Notes: generated by a model not told the origin, from the letters alone. 64,000 nucleotides of DNA from an uncultured Thermoleophilia bacterium (GCA_963715985.1 CAVQSP010000021.1:32001-96000), one strand, 5' to 3'. Positions 19,338-30,245 are shown, numbered from the stretch's first letter. Made by a program: numbers and translations.

Positions 19338-22106
19338 ATGGTCACGCTCAAGGACTCCCGCGCGCTGCGCGGCGCCAACTACTACAGCTACCGTCCGGTG
19401 GTCGTGCTCAGCGTGGACCTCGGCGAGTACGACGAGGTGTTCACCAACGAGATCGAGGGCTTCACGGACGCTCTGATCGCGCTCGTCCCGAGTCTGGAGG
19501 AGCACCGCTGCTCGGAGATGGAGCGGGGCGGGCTCATCAAGCGCATGCGCGAGGGCACCCTTCTCGGGCACGTCATCGAGCACCTCGCCCTGGAACTGCA
19601 GTACATCGCCGGCATGGAGGTCGGGTTCGGCAAGACTATCGACACCGACGAGCCCGGCGTCTACCAGGTCATCTACAGCTTCTGGGTGGAAGAGGCCGGC
19701 ATCGTGGCCGGCGAGCGCGCCATCGACATCGTCAACGCGGTGCTCGAGGGTCGCGCCGAGCAGGTCGACCTCGAGAGCATCTTTCGCGAGCTCGAGGACA
19801 TCGGCGCCGACCACTACCTGGGTCCGTCCACGGCGGCCATCGTGGAAGAGGCGGAGCACCGCGGCATCACCGTGCTCCGCCTCGACGACTACAACCTCGT
19901 GCAGCTCGGCGAGGGCAAATACCAGCGCCGCATCGAGGCGTCCATCACCTCGCAGACCAGCATGATCGGCGTGGAGACGGCCGGCAACAAGCGGCTCACG
20001 AAACACATGCTTGGGGACGCCGGCATCCCCGTGCCCAAGGGCACGGTGGTGCGCAAGGTCGAGTCGGCCGTGGAGGACGCCGACTGGCTCGGCTACCCGG
20101 TGGTGGTCAAGCCGCACGACGGTCACCACGGCAAGGGCGTCACCACGGGCATCTCCGATGAGGCCGACCTGCGCGAGGCCTTCCTCCGTGCCAAGGAGAT
20201 CAGCGACAAGGTCATCGTGGAGAAGTACTACACGGGCCACGACTACCGGATGCTGGTCGTGGACGGGCACCTGGTGGCGGCCGCCAGGCGCGAGCCGGCC
20301 GCCGTCACCGGCGACGGCGAGCACACCATCGCCGAGCTCATCGCCATCGAGAACCGCGACCCGCGGCGCGGCTACGGACACGAGAGGGTCATGACACGGC
20401 TCTCGACGTCGACGGTCACCGAGTTCCTGCTGGCACGCCACGGCTACACGCTCGAGACGGTGCTGCCGCAGGGCGAGGTCTTCCCGCTGGAGCTGACGGC
20501 CAACCTGTCCACCGGCGGCTCGGCCGTCGACGTCACCGACACCGTGCACAAGGCCAACCGCTTCATGGCGGAGCGCATCGCCAGCATCGTCGGCCTGGAC
20601 ATCGCCGGCATCGACGTCATCTCGCCGACCCTCGAACAACCGGTGAAGAAGGTGGGCGGCGCGGTGATCGAGGTCAACGCCGCCCCCGGTCTGCGCATGC
20701 ACCTGGAGCCGGCCGTCGGCAGGCGCCGTAATGTCGCCGCGCCCATCATCGACATGCTGTTCCCGGAAGGCGCGCCTCACGACATCGGTATCGTGGCGGT
20801 CACCGGCACCAACGGCAAGACGACCACGGTGCGTCTCATCGCCCACATCATGGAGCACGCCGGCTACAGCGTGGGCATGACGACCACGGACGGCATCTAC
20901 GTGCGCGGCAACCTCATCGCCGAGGGCGACATGAGTGGCCCATACTCGGCCCAGGTGGTGCTGCGCGACCCGCTCGTGGACTGCGCCGTGCTGGAGACGG
21001 CCCGAGGCGGCATCCTGCGCTCGGGCCTCGGCTACAAGACCGCCGACGTGGGTGTGGTGCTCAACGTGCAGCCCGACCATCTGGGCATGCAGAACATCCG
21101 CGACCTCGACGAGCTCGCCAAGGTGAAGGCCGTGGTGGCCGAGGCAGTGCGCGAGGGCGGCACCACCGTGCTCAACGCCGACGACCCCAAGTGCGTGGAG
21201 ATGACGGAGTACTGCCGCGAGAACGTGGCGTTCTTCTCGCTGCGCTCATCCAACCCGGTCGTGCTGGAGCACGTGGACCGCGGGGGCACGGCGGTGGTGT
21301 GCGAGCAGGGCTACCTCGCCGTGCTCGGCAACGACCGCTTGCTGCCGGTGGCCCGCATCGAGGACATCCCGCTCACGATCGGCGGCAAGGCCGCGTTCAA
21401 CGTGCAGAACGCGCTGGCGGCGACGGCCGCGGCCTACGCCCACGGCGTGGACGTGGACGAGATCCGCCGCGGCCTCATCTCCTTCCTGCCGTCGCCGCTG
21501 CAGACACCGGGGCGCCTCAACCTGATCACGGTGGACGGCGTGGACTACCTGCTGGACTTCGCCCACAACCCGCACGCCTACAAGAACCTGCTCGAGCTCG
21601 TCGTGAACATGGGCGACCGCCGTCGCGTGATCGTGTTCGACGTGGTGGGCGACCGCCGCGACGAGGACATCGAGGAGGTCTGTGCGCTGGTGGCGCCGGT
21701 GTTCGACGCGGCTGTGCTGTACGAGGCGGACGACCTGCGCGGACGTCAGCCCGGCGAGCTCATGGCACTGCAGCAGCAGTATCTGACGGCGGCCGGCTTC
21801 GACGGCGCCGCCATCGAGCCCGTCGGGGACGAGCGCGAGGCCATCCGCCGGGCCGCGGCTGCCGCCGGACCCGGCGACCTGGTGTGTTACATGACCGGCC
21901 ACGTGCACGACGGCATCAAGTGGCTGCACGAGTTCGCGGAGGGGGGCAGCGGCGCGGAGGCTGCCGCCGTCGGCGCTGCCGAGGACGTCGGGCCCGCCGG
22001 CACGGACACCGCGGCCGCCTCAGGCGCCGCCTCAGAGCCCGCTGCGGACGGCCTCGAGCCCACCGCCGCCGACGCCCTCGAGCCCACCGCCGAGGGCGGC
22101 GAGTGA
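19338..22106 (+). CDS. cphA: Cyanophycin synthetase
   Basis: LRGANYY, GHVIEHLALELQ, LGPST, ATP-grasp VVKPHDGHHGKGV, ANLSTGG, Mur-ligase VTGTNGKTT, LETARGG. Confidence 0.95.
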   Translation: MVTLKDSRALRGANYYSYRPVVVLSVDLGEYDEVFTNEIEGFTDALIALVPSLEEHRCSEMERGGLIKRMREGTLLGHVIEHLALELQYIAGMEVGFGKTIDTDEPGVYQVIYSFWVEEAGIVAGERAIDIVNAVLEGRAEQVDLESIFRELEDIGADHYLGPSTAAIVEEAEHRGITVLRLDDYNLVQLGEGKYQRRIEASITSQTSMIGVETAGNKRLTKHMLGDAGIPVPKGTVVRKVESAVEDADWLGYPVVVKPHDGHHGKGVTTGISDEADLREAFLRAKEISDKVIVEKYYTGHDYRMLVVDGHLVAAARREPAAVTGDGEHTIAELIAIENRDPRRGYGHERVMTRLSTSTVTEFLLARHGYTLETVLPQGEVFPLELTANLSTGGSAVDVTDTVHKANRFMAERIASIVGLDIAGIDVISPTLEQPVKKVGGAVIEVNAAPGLRMHLEPAVGRRRNVAAPIIDMLFPEGAPHDIGIVAVTGTNGKTTTVRLIAHIMEHAGYSVGMTTTDGIYVRGNLIAEGDMSGPYSAQVVLRDPLVDCAVLETARGGILRSGLGYKTADVGVVLNVQPDHLGMQNIRDLDELAKVKAVVAEAVREGGTTVLNADDPKCVEMTEYCRENVAFFSLRSSNPVVLEHVDRGGTAVVCEQGYLAVLGNDRLLPVARIEDIPLTIGGKAAFNVQNALAATAAAYAHGVDVDEIRRGLISFLPSPLQTPGRLNLITVDGVDYLLDFAHNPHAYKNLLELVVNMGDRRRVIVFDVVGDRRDEDIEEVCALVAPVFDAAVLYEADDLRGRQPGELMALQQQYLTAAGFDGAAIEPVGDEREAIRRAAAAAGPGDLVCYMTGHVHDGIKWLHEFAEGGSGAEAAAVGAAEDVGPAGTDTAAASGAASEPAADGLEPTAADALEPTAEGGE

Positions 22107-22910
22107 CGAAGGCCCGCACAGGCTGGCGGCTGCTGATCGGCGGCTCGCCGGAGGAAGGTATGGACTCGCGCCTCGTGCGCCGCTTCGTGGAACTCGCCGG
22201 CGGCGCGGAGGACGCGCGCGTGGCCGTGGTGCCCACGGCGAGCGAAGAGGTCGCGGAGACGGTAGCCCGCTACGTCGCGGCTCTCGAGAACGAAGGTGCT
22301 CGCGACGTGGACGTACTCGACGTGCGCTCGCACGCCGACGCGGACACGCCCGCTACGCTCGCGTCCCTGCGCGACGCCACCGGCGTGATGTTCACGGGCG
22401 GCGACCAGCTGCGCCTGCTGGACATCTTCGAAGGCACTCGCTTCGCCGCCGAACTGCGGCGACGCGGAGCTGCCGGTCTGCTGGTCGGCGGCTCCAGCGC
22501 CGGCGCCATGGCGCTCGGCGACCCGGTGATCGTGCGCGGCGAGCCGACGGCGTTCTACGAAGACGGCGCCATCCGCCGTGCCCCCGGCCTCGGACTCGTC
22601 GAGGGTGCTACCGTCGACACGCATCTCGTGGTGCGCGGCCGTCTGCCGCGTCTCATCGCGATGGTGGCGGCGTTTCCCGACGTCGTCGGCCTCGGCATCG
22701 AGGAGGGGTGCGGGCTCGAGATCTCGCCCGACAGGGTCGCGACCGTGATCGGCGAGGGCGTCGTGTGCGTCGTCGAAGGGCATGGGGCGCGGCGCCGAGC
22801 CGGCCACGGCCGGCCCCGGCCGCGCCCTCTCGGTCGCCGGCCTCACCGTGCACGTCCTCGCCGACGGCGCGAGCTACGACCTGCGCGCGCGCCGCGTGCT
22901 GAACACGTAG
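22103..22910 (+). CDS. cphB: Cyanophycinase (frameshift near 22790)
   Basis: GTGA overlap with cphA; LLIGG, VVPTAS, FTGGDQLRL, GGSSAGA, VDTH, GLGIEE. Confidence 0.88.
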
Positions 22911-22991
22911 CGGTCCCACCACGCCCGCCCCGCGATGCGGCGGTGTGCTGCCCTTCGCGGGCGGCCGCAGGCAGTGTGGCGAACGCGGATT

Positions 22992-23013
22992 CAAGCAACG
23001 GTACCGTTGCTTG
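22992..23013. repeat. Perfect 22-bp palindrome
   Basis: caagcaacggtaccgttgcttg is its own reverse complement. Confidence 0.85.
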
Positions 23014-23161
23014 TACGTTTGCCTGGATCTCGCGATTCGAGAGCGCAGCCGGCCGGTGCTCGCCCGTGCGGTGGGCCGCCCCAGCGGTCTCGATGGGAGC
23101 TTCGCCGGCATCGTGGCGCCTCTTCACACCGGCGGGCGCCTCACCGGTCCGGCCTGTGCCG

Positions 23162-23769
23162 CTACAGCAGCGCCAGCAGTGCCGTGCGGTCCTTGCGGAT
23201 GTCGCGGCCTGCCTTCGCCGCGTGCGCCGCTGCAAGAGCGCTGCTGCCGGCCTGTCCGCCGAGGTCGGGCGGGTCCTGGCTCAAGGCCGAGTAGGCCGCC
23301 GACTGATCCTCCGACGCGTCCTGGACGAGTGCGCTGAACGTGCGCTTCATGGTCGCGGCGGCACCCGTGAACCTGACCCGGTCGCGAGACGAGACGAACC
23401 AGCGGGACGCGTTGCCGAGGTAGGTGGAGAAGGCCGTCTCCGCGCGCATCCAGTCGTCCGGCATGGTCTCGTCGGTCAGCGTCTGGCACGCCTGCCCGGC
23501 GCTCTGCTCGAGCGCCCGGAGCTCGGAGGCCTTCTCGGGATCATCGAGCATCGTCTTCATCTGGCCGGCCATCGAGCCGATCGACGCCTGCCTCGTCGTG
23601 AAGCTGCTCGAGTACTCACCGAACAGCGCCTGCATCTTGCCAGCTCTCGTTTGTACTCGGTCTTGTACTGGGCCCGGACGTGCGCCGTGGCCGTCCCCGG
23701 CACGAGCAGCAGGAGGATCGCTGCCACGAGGACGAGCATGGACACCCGGCGTGCCGACACAGTAGTCAT
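23162..23769 (-). CDS. Secreted helical hypothetical protein (frameshift near 23640)
   Basis: ggaaggag RBS, signal peptide MTTVSARRVSMLVLVAAILLLLVPGTATA; continues in the frame of ORF 23162..24049. Confidence 0.6.
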
Positions 23770-23851
23770 GTGGACTCCTTCCGTCACCCACCGGCTCCTC
23801 AGTCTCCCCGGCTGGCATCGGTGGTGTCAATGACCGGCCGCCGCGGGCTGG

Positions 23852-23968
23852 GGTGGCGAGGCGTGAGGGCGTCGGCGGCGGGGCATGAGGCCGTCGGTGG
23901 CGAGGCGTGAAGGCGTCGGCGGCAGGCGTGAGGGAGACGCGGCGGAGCGTGACGTCGTTGGCGGCGGC
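23852..23968. repeat. Degenerate ~21-bp intergenic tandem repeat (about 5 copies)
   Basis: ggcgaggcgtgagggcgtcgg-like units. Confidence 0.7.
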
Positions 23969-24051
23969 TCTGCGGCTGTGAGACGCTGTGGCTCGCGCCG
24001 AATCGTGCCGATATCGGGCGGACGCAAGGCGTGAGGAAGGGGAGGACAAAC

Positions 24052-24414
24052 GTGGTCGAAGTGATCCAGGGCGCGCCGCCGGGCGTACTGGCCTTCAAGG
24101 CCGTCGGCGAGGTGCGCTTCGAGGACTACCGCGACGTGGTCGAGCCGGCGGCCAAGGCGACCATCGCCGCCGGCCGCAAGATCCGCGTCGTCTTCGTGGT
24201 CGGGCCCGAGTGCACGGGGTACTCGCGCGGGGCGATGTGGGCCGACGCCAAGCTCGGGATCAGCGAATTGCGGCACCTCAAGCGCTGCGCCGTGGTCACC
24301 GACCACGCCTGGGTCAAGGACTCCGTCAAGACCGTCCGCTGGATGGCGCCCACACGCCTCAAGGTGTTCGGCCCCGGGCAGCTGCGGGACGCGATGAGAT
24401 GGGCGGCGTCGTGA
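24052..24414 (+). CDS. SpoIIAA-like (STAS/SEC14) protein
   Basis: VLAFKAVGEV..EDY, AMWADAKLG, RCAVVTD; ggagg RBS. Confidence 0.8.
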   Translation: MVEVIQGAPPGVLAFKAVGEVRFEDYRDVVEPAAKATIAAGRKIRVVFVVGPECTGYSRGAMWADAKLGISELRHLKRCAVVTDHAWVKDSVKTVRWMAPTRLKVFGPGQLRDAMRWAAS

Positions 24415-25115
24415 CGCAGCCCCCGCTGTACCTGTGCGCGCCGGTCAACGCGCTGGTCGAGGGCATCTACAAGGAGCGCTTCCCCCTGGAGAAGCTGCGC
24501 GAGCACGGCGACTTCGGGCTGGGCACCTTCGACGGCCTCGACGGCGAGATGGTCATGCTGGACGGTCGCGTCTTCCAGATCGCCGGCAGCGGGCTGGTGC
24601 GCGAGGTCACGGAGCCGGCCGCCACGCCGTTCGCCTGCGTCACCACCTGGACCCCGGCGAGTCACGACGAGCTCTCGGACGAGCTCACCTACGACGGCTT
24701 CCTCGACTGGCTCCTCACGTTGCTTCCCTCGCCCAACCTCATCTACGCGCTGCGCATCGAGGGCACCTTCGCCGAGATCAAGGTGCGCTCGGTGCCCAAA
24801 CAGGAGAACTACCGGCCGCTCGTGGAAGTCGCGCGGGAGCAGCCTGAGTTCACGTTCGAGGAGGCGCAGGGCACGCTTGCCGGCTTCTACACGCCCTCGT
24901 TCCTCGACTCGCTCAGCGTGCCCGGCCTGCACCTGCACTTCCTCTCCCGCGATCGCACCCAGGGCGGGCACCTCCTGGAGTGCCGGCCACGCGGCGTCAG
25001 CGCCTCGGTGCAGTTCATCAGCACGTTGGAGCTGGGTCTGCCGATGAGCGTCGACTACCTCACGTGGGACTTCCGCCGTGACACCGGCGCCGACCTGGAC
25101 GAGGCGGAGAAGTAG
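24411..25115 (+). CDS. budA: Alpha-acetolactate decarboxylase
   Basis: HGDFGLGTFDGLDGEM, TPFA, PGLHLHF, GGHLL. Confidence 0.92.
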   Translation: MTQPPLYLCAPVNALVEGIYKERFPLEKLREHGDFGLGTFDGLDGEMVMLDGRVFQIAGSGLVREVTEPAATPFACVTTWTPASHDELSDELTYDGFLDWLLTLLPSPNLIYALRIEGTFAEIKVRSVPKQENYRPLVEVAREQPEFTFEEAQGTLAGFYTPSFLDSLSVPGLHLHFLSRDRTQGGHLLECRPRGVSASVQFISTLELGLPMSVDYLTWDFRRDTGADLDEAEK

Positions 25116-25143
25116 GGCAGCCCGCGGCCTCCCTCGCCGTGCG

Positions 25144-26137
25144 CTACAGCGCGACTTCGTCACCGGTGCCCGCGAGCAGCAGCACCTTGACGCTCTCCGG
25201 CACGGTGCGCCGAACATCCCTGACCAGCCCTTGGGTGATGGGGTGGGTGCCTGGGCCGACGGCCATGATGATGATGTCGCTGCCCGCCTGTCGTACCTGC
25301 TCGATCTTCCAGTCCGTGCCCTCTGCCCAGGCAGCGGCAGCCTGTGTCACGTCGCTCTGCCACTCCTGGTACTGGTACGTGCGGTAGGACGTCGCGGCGA
25401 GTGGGATGACCAGGACGACGACGAAGATGGCGATGATCCACTTGGCGCGGCGGCCGACGTGGGCCCCGCGCGCGGCGGCGTCGCGCTGGTAGCCGGCCGC
25501 GGTGAATACGACGATGCCGGCAACGATGATGGCCGCGGCGTTCGTGAGGAAGAGGATGAAGGCGCCGAGCGCGAGGTCCAGGCGCCAGGAGCCGAGCGTG
25601 ATGCCCACCACGGCGAGCACCGGCAACGAGCGAGATGGCGATGGCCACCCCGGCGAGGATGTTGGACACGTCGCGGCGTACAAGGGCGAACGAGCCGGCT
25701 ACGCCGACGGTGACGGCCACGACCAGGTCGAGCAGGGTCGGCGCCGTGCGTCCGAGCACCTGAGGGTTAGCGTCCAGCGGCATGCGCTCGAACGTGATCA
25801 TCCCCATGAGCACGCCGATGAGGATGTTGACGACGATGCCCTCGACGAGCAGCAGCAGGGAGGCGCCCAGGTTCGAGCGTGAGCCCGTGACCGTCGCGAG
25901 GGCCACACCGTAGATCGGCGTCGCCAGCGGGGCGACGATCATGGCGCCGATGACGGCGGGCGTGGCATCTCCGATGACGCCGCCCGCCGCGATCACGCTG
26001 GCGAGCACGAGCAGCACCCAGAACTGCGACAGCTTGGCTCTGCGGTCGCCGGTGGTGATGAAGAGCCCGTCCTCGACCTCTTCCAGCGGGTTGCGGAACG
26101 CTGCCCCCGCGTCGATGACCCTCGCCGTCAAGCCCAT
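25144..26137 (-). CDS. DUF389 membrane protein (frameshift near 25625)
   Basis: VIGAMIVAPL, RTAPTLLDL, GVAIAISL, LFLTN. Confidence 0.85.
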
Positions 26138-26344
26138 GCTGCCTCCCGGACCCTTCACGTGCCTCGACTCGCGCCCGGCGTGCCCGCGCAGCAGCGGCGC
26201 GCCCTGGCAGCGGGAGTATAGAGAGTCGCGGCGCGGTGCCGATACGTGCGTCGCGCCCCCGAGGTCCCGGGACGACCGCGCGTGCGGCCTGCGCTAGACT
26301 GCCGCATGACGGGCGCGTTCGGAGCGCCGGCACGGTCCTACGCC

Positions 26345-27167
26345 ATGAGGAGGCAGTCCATCGTGAGAGCTGGAGTCGTTCATCGGTGCGTCGCCGCAGT
26401 CATCCTCACGCTGCTCCTCGTCGCGGCGACCGGCTGCGGGTCCTCGCCGGGCAGCGAAGTCGTCGGAGTCCAGCGCCGTGACGACCAAGGCGTACGACCT
26501 GAGCGGCTTCACCGGCGTGCGCGTGGACAATGACTTCTCAGCCACCGTGAGCCGCGGCACTGCCTTCAAGGTGTCGGTCACCGTGAACGAGAACCTCGTC
26601 AAGTACCTCACGGTCGAGGTGAAAGGCGACACACTGCACATCGGCCTGGACCCGACGGTGACGTACCGCCTCACGGACTTGCGCGCCGAGGTCACGATGC
26701 CGAGCGTCGGCGGCGCGGAGGTCAGCGGCGCCAGTGACGTCTACCTGACCGACTTCTCCTCCTCCGCGGCGCTCGAGCTGAAGGCGTCGGGGGCCGGCCA
26801 GCTGAGCCTCAAGGACGTCAAGGCCGGCGCCGTGACCTTCGACGCGTCGGGCGGCAGCCGCATCGAGGGCGACCTGAGCTGCGTGGACCTGAGCGGCGTC
26901 GCGTCCGGCGCCAGCACGGCGGCCGTGGGAGGCGCCGCGTCCACGGCCACGCTGGAGGGGTCGGGCGGCAGCAAGCTGCTCATGAACCTGTTCACGATCC
27001 AGGACGCCACGGTGAACTTGTCAGGAGCCTCGCAGGCCGCCGTCCGCGTGGACGGCACGCTCGCGGCGGATCTCAGCGGTGCCTCCAAGCTGGACTACTA
27101 CGGATCGGCGAAGCTCAGCAAGACGAGCGTCACCGGGGCCTCACAGATCCAGCACATCCAGGACTGA
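26345..27167 (+). CDS. Head-GIN/DUF2807 beta-helix lipoprotein (frameshift near 26470)
   Basis: lipobox ATGC; repeated SGAS/SGGS beta-helix motifs. Confidence 0.85.
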
Positions 27168-27714
27168 GGCATGCCGCGGGCGCGACGGTGACCGTCGTGT
27201 TCGTGCGGGCCGCCCCGAACAGCTGCAGGTAGCAGCCGACCGTGCACGCCGTGACCGTGGCCGGCAGCGTCGTGCCGGCGTCCAGGACCGCCATGCCGGC
27301 GTCGGAGAGGCGCCGGGCGACGCCGCATCCGATCCGCACCTCGGCGGCGACCGGAAGCAGGCGCCATTCGGCGTTGCCGTCGGCCTCGAAGGTCACCGTG
27401 TCGGCCTTGGCCCGGGGCTGCGTGAAGCAGCGCAGCGGGTGCGTGACGTAGAGCTGCTCGCGGGCGAAGACGACCACGTCCTTCGCGATCCCCATTCCGC
27501 ACAAGGCGCGGAAGGCTTGCTGCTCGCGCTTGTAGCGTGGCAGGGGTGAATCGCGGACCACGACGAGGAAGTCGTAGTCGCTGTCCTCATCGGCTTCGCC
27601 GCGGGCACGTGAGCCGAAAAGGTAGATGCGCTCTGCTTGCAGGCTGGCCCGCAAACGCCGCACAGACTCCGCTACTGGGTCTGCGACAGATGCCGTATGG
27701 GCGGTCTGCATCAT
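27130..27714 (-). pseudogene. Minimal nucleotidyltransferase (MNT), truncated and fused in frame to a uvrD fragment and other sequence
   Basis: IYLFGSRARG...DSDYD motif; after KDVVVF the frame reads AREQLYVTHPL, which is uvrD sequence. Confidence 0.8.
27397..27466 (-). repeat. 70-bp copy of uvrD 28001-28070
   Basis: 67/70 identical by direct comparison. Confidence 0.92.
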
Positions 27715-27745
27715 GGGCTCCCCTGCCTCACCTTCAGCCCCCGTG

Positions 27746-29890
27746 TCAGAAGACGTGCGACTCGGTCCGACCCGACGATGGCGTGCTGGAACCATCAAAC
27801 TGACGGTTGAGCGCGACCGCCGGCGCCTCAGCTTCTGCCGGCGCCTCCCACAGCGAGCGCACGCCGGCGCGGATGGACGCTGTGGTGACGCGGCCGAGCG
27901 GGCCCTCGTCGGCCTCCGTCTGCTCGGGCCCGGTCTGCACCTGCTCGAAGTGCGCGAGCACCGCGGGCGTGAGAAAGCGCGAGCGCTGCGCGTACCCGTG
28001 CGTGTCGGCCTTGGCCCAGGGCTGCGTGTAGTAGCGCAGCGGGTGCGTGACGTAGAGCTGCTCGCGGGCGCGCGTGCAGGCCACGTAGAAGAGGCGGCGC
28101 TCCTCCTCGATCTCGGCGACGCTGCCGGTGGCCATGTCCGACGGGATGTTGCCGTCGGCGGCGTGGATGACGTAGACGACGTCGAACTCCAGGCCCTTGG
28201 CCGAGTGCATGGTGCTGAGGATGAGGTAGTCCTCGTCGAGGAGCGGCGGGCCGGCGAGCTCCTGCGTGTACGAGGGCGGGTCGAGGACCAGCTCGGCGAG
28301 GAACTCGGAGCGCGTGCGGGAGCGGGCCGCGAGCGCCTCGATCTGCTCGAGGTCGCGCAGGCGCGCCTGCACGTTGTCGTAGCGGCGCTCGAGCAGCGGC
28401 CCGTAGACGCTGCGCACGGCGTGGACCTGGGCCGGCACCTCGGCGGGGCCGGCGGCCGTGAGGGTGGCGAAGAGCTCGACGACGGCCGGCCACACCGCCC
28501 GGGCGGGCTCGGGCACGCGGGCGCCCGCCCATGCCGCCTGGAAGTCGCCGCCGGCGGCGCCGAGCGCTTCGGCCAGCGCCGCCGCCGTCTTGGGCCCGAT
28601 GCCGGGCACCAGGCCGAGCACGCGCAGGCCGGCCATGGCGTCGCGCGGGTTCTCGGCCAGGCGCAGGAAGGAGACGAGGTCCTTGACGTGCGCCATCTCG
28701 ACGAAGCGCAGCCCGCCGTACTTGTGGAAGGGGATGTTGCGGCGGGAGAGCTCCATCTCCAGCGACATGGAGTGGTGCTGGGCGCGGAACAGCACGGCCT
28801 GCTTCTTGAGCTCCGTGCCCTGCTCGCGGTGCTCGAGGATGCGCTCGCAGAGCCACTGCGTCTGCTCGTCCTCGTCACGGCAGGTGGCCAGCAGCGGGCG
28901 GCCGCCGTCCTTGCGCTCGGTCCAGAGCTCCTTGTCGCGGCGCTCCGCGGCCTCTGCGATGACGGCGTTGGTGGCCGCGACGATGGCGTCGGTGGAGCGG
29001 TAGTTGCGCGTGAGCGTGCGCACCTCGGCGCCGGGGAAGCGCTGCTCGAAGTCGAGGATGTTGCGCACCGTGGCGGCGCGGAACCCGTAGATGGCCTGGG
29101 CGTCGTCGCCGACGCAGGTGACGCCCGTGCCGTCCGGGCGCAGCAGCGAGACGATGTCGGCCTGCAGGGCGTTGGTGTCCTGGAACTCGTCGACCAGCAC
29201 GTGGTCGAAGCGCTCGCGCACGCGGGCGCCGCCGGCCGGGTCGGCGAGCAGGCCGCGCCAGAAGAGCAGCAGGTCGTCGTAGTCGAGCACCTGCTGCTCC
29301 TCCTTGGCGTCCGTGTAGCGGGCGAAGAGCTGCGCCAGGCCCTCTTCGGCCGGCAGGCACCAGGGGAAGGCCGTGTGCAGCACCTCGTTGAGCGGCAGCT
29401 GAGCGTTGACGCAGCGCGAGTACACGTCCAGGCAGGTGGACTTCTGCGGGAAGCGGTCGCCGCCGCGGCCGAGGCCGAGGGCGGTGCGGGCGACGTGCAT
29501 GAGATCCTCCGCGTCGCCTCTGTCCACGATCGTGAAGTCCGGCTCCATGCCGATGTCGCGGGCGTGGATGCGGAGCAGGCGGGCGGCGATGGCGTGGAAG
29601 GTGCCGCCCCACACGCGGTCCGAGGCGCCGCCGCGGGCCGCGCCGGCGCCGTTACCGCCGGTCGTTCGCTCCGCCAGCACCGCCTCCACGCGGCGCAGCA
29701 TCTCCGCGGACGCGCGGCGCGTGAACGTAAGGAGCAGGATGCGCCGCGGGTCGGCGCCGCGCTCGATGAGGTACGCCACGCGGTGCACCAGCGTGGCCGT
29801 CTTGCCGGTGCCGGCGCCGGCGACGATGAGCAACGGCCCGTCGCCGTGCTGCGCCGCGGCGAGCTGCTCGGGGTTGAGCTCCTGAAGCAT
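27746..29890 (-). CDS. uvrD: UvrD/Rep/PcrA-family ATP-dependent DNA helicase
   Basis: AGAGTGKT, LTFTRRA, GTFH, VDEFQD, VGDDAQAIYGFR, NYRS, STMHSAKGLEF, EERRLFYVACTRA. Confidence 0.93.
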   Translation of the reverse strand: MLQELNPEQLAAAQHGDGPLLIVAGAGTGKTATLVHRVAYLIERGADPRRILLLTFTRRASAEMLRRVEAVLAERTTGGNGAGAARGGASDRVWGGTFHAIAARLLRIHARDIGMEPDFTIVDRGDAEDLMHVARTALGLGRGGDRFPQKSTCLDVYSRCVNAQLPLNEVLHTAFPWCLPAEEGLAQLFARYTDAKEEQQVLDYDDLLLFWRGLLADPAGGARVRERFDHVLVDEFQDTNALQADIVSLLRPDGTGVTCVGDDAQAIYGFRAATVRNILDFEQRFPGAEVRTLTRNYRSTDAIVAATNAVIAEAAERRDKELWTERKDGGRPLLATCRDEDEQTQWLCERILEHREQGTELKKQAVLFRAQHHSMSLEMELSRRNIPFHKYGGLRFVEMAHVKDLVSFLRLAENPRDAMAGLRVLGLVPGIGPKTAAALAEALGAAGGDFQAAWAGARVPEPARAVWPAVVELFATLTAAGPAEVPAQVHAVRSVYGPLLERRYDNVQARLRDLEQIEALAARSRTRSEFLAELVLDPPSYTQELAGPPLLDEDYLILSTMHSAKGLEFDVVYVIHAADGNIPSDMATGSVAEIEEERRLFYVACTRAREQLYVTHPLRYYTQPWAKADTHGYAQRSRFLTPAVLAHFEQVQTGPEQTEADEGPLGRVTTASIRAGVRSLWEAPAEAEAPAVALNRQFDGSSTPSSGRTESHVF

Positions 29891-29945
29891 GACGCTGTCC
29901 TCCTCTGGACGGTGCCCGCAGGCTAGCACGTCCGGGGGACGGAAA

Positions 29946-29959
29946 CGAACGCACGTTCG
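29946..29959. promoter_or_regulatory. LexA (SOS) box upstream of uvrD
   Basis: CGAAC-GCAC-GTTCG, Gram-positive LexA consensus, upstream of a TGnTAGCCT extended -10 on the minus strand. Confidence 0.8.
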
Positions 29960-30019
29960 TGCCGTCCGGCCGTCCGAGCCGGACCGGCGGCGCGCGCCGC
30001 CTCATGAATCCAGCCCGTG

Positions 30020-30121
30020 GCGACCCAGGAGGCCACGTATTCTGCGTCTCTGCCGGGCAGTCGGACGCCCCGGGTCGCGCACCGCCCAGGTGCCCTCCAG
30101 ACCGCCTTCGCGCGCGACCAG
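30020..30121 (-). repeat. ~102-bp diverged copy of the nitroreductase 3' end (36406-36507)
   Basis: encodes a LVARE.GLEGTWAVRDPG..LPG.DAEYVA.WVA-like sequence; shared exact block cccgggtcgcgcaccgcccaggtgcc. Confidence 0.88.
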
Positions 30122-30245
30122 GCTGATCCGGCTCCATCAAGGTCAGGCACCCCCGGTCCACTTGTTCGGCCACGCCGAGGGCCGGCTCTCCGGAATGCAA
30201 GGCTGGCCTGACCGGACCGGGCCCGCTCTGCAACGCAGACAGTTT

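Noticed and set aside
27397-28070. DGR template/variable repeat pair (also considered for the other duplications)
   Set aside because: No reverse transcriptase in the window, and the mismatches are few and not confined to adenines.
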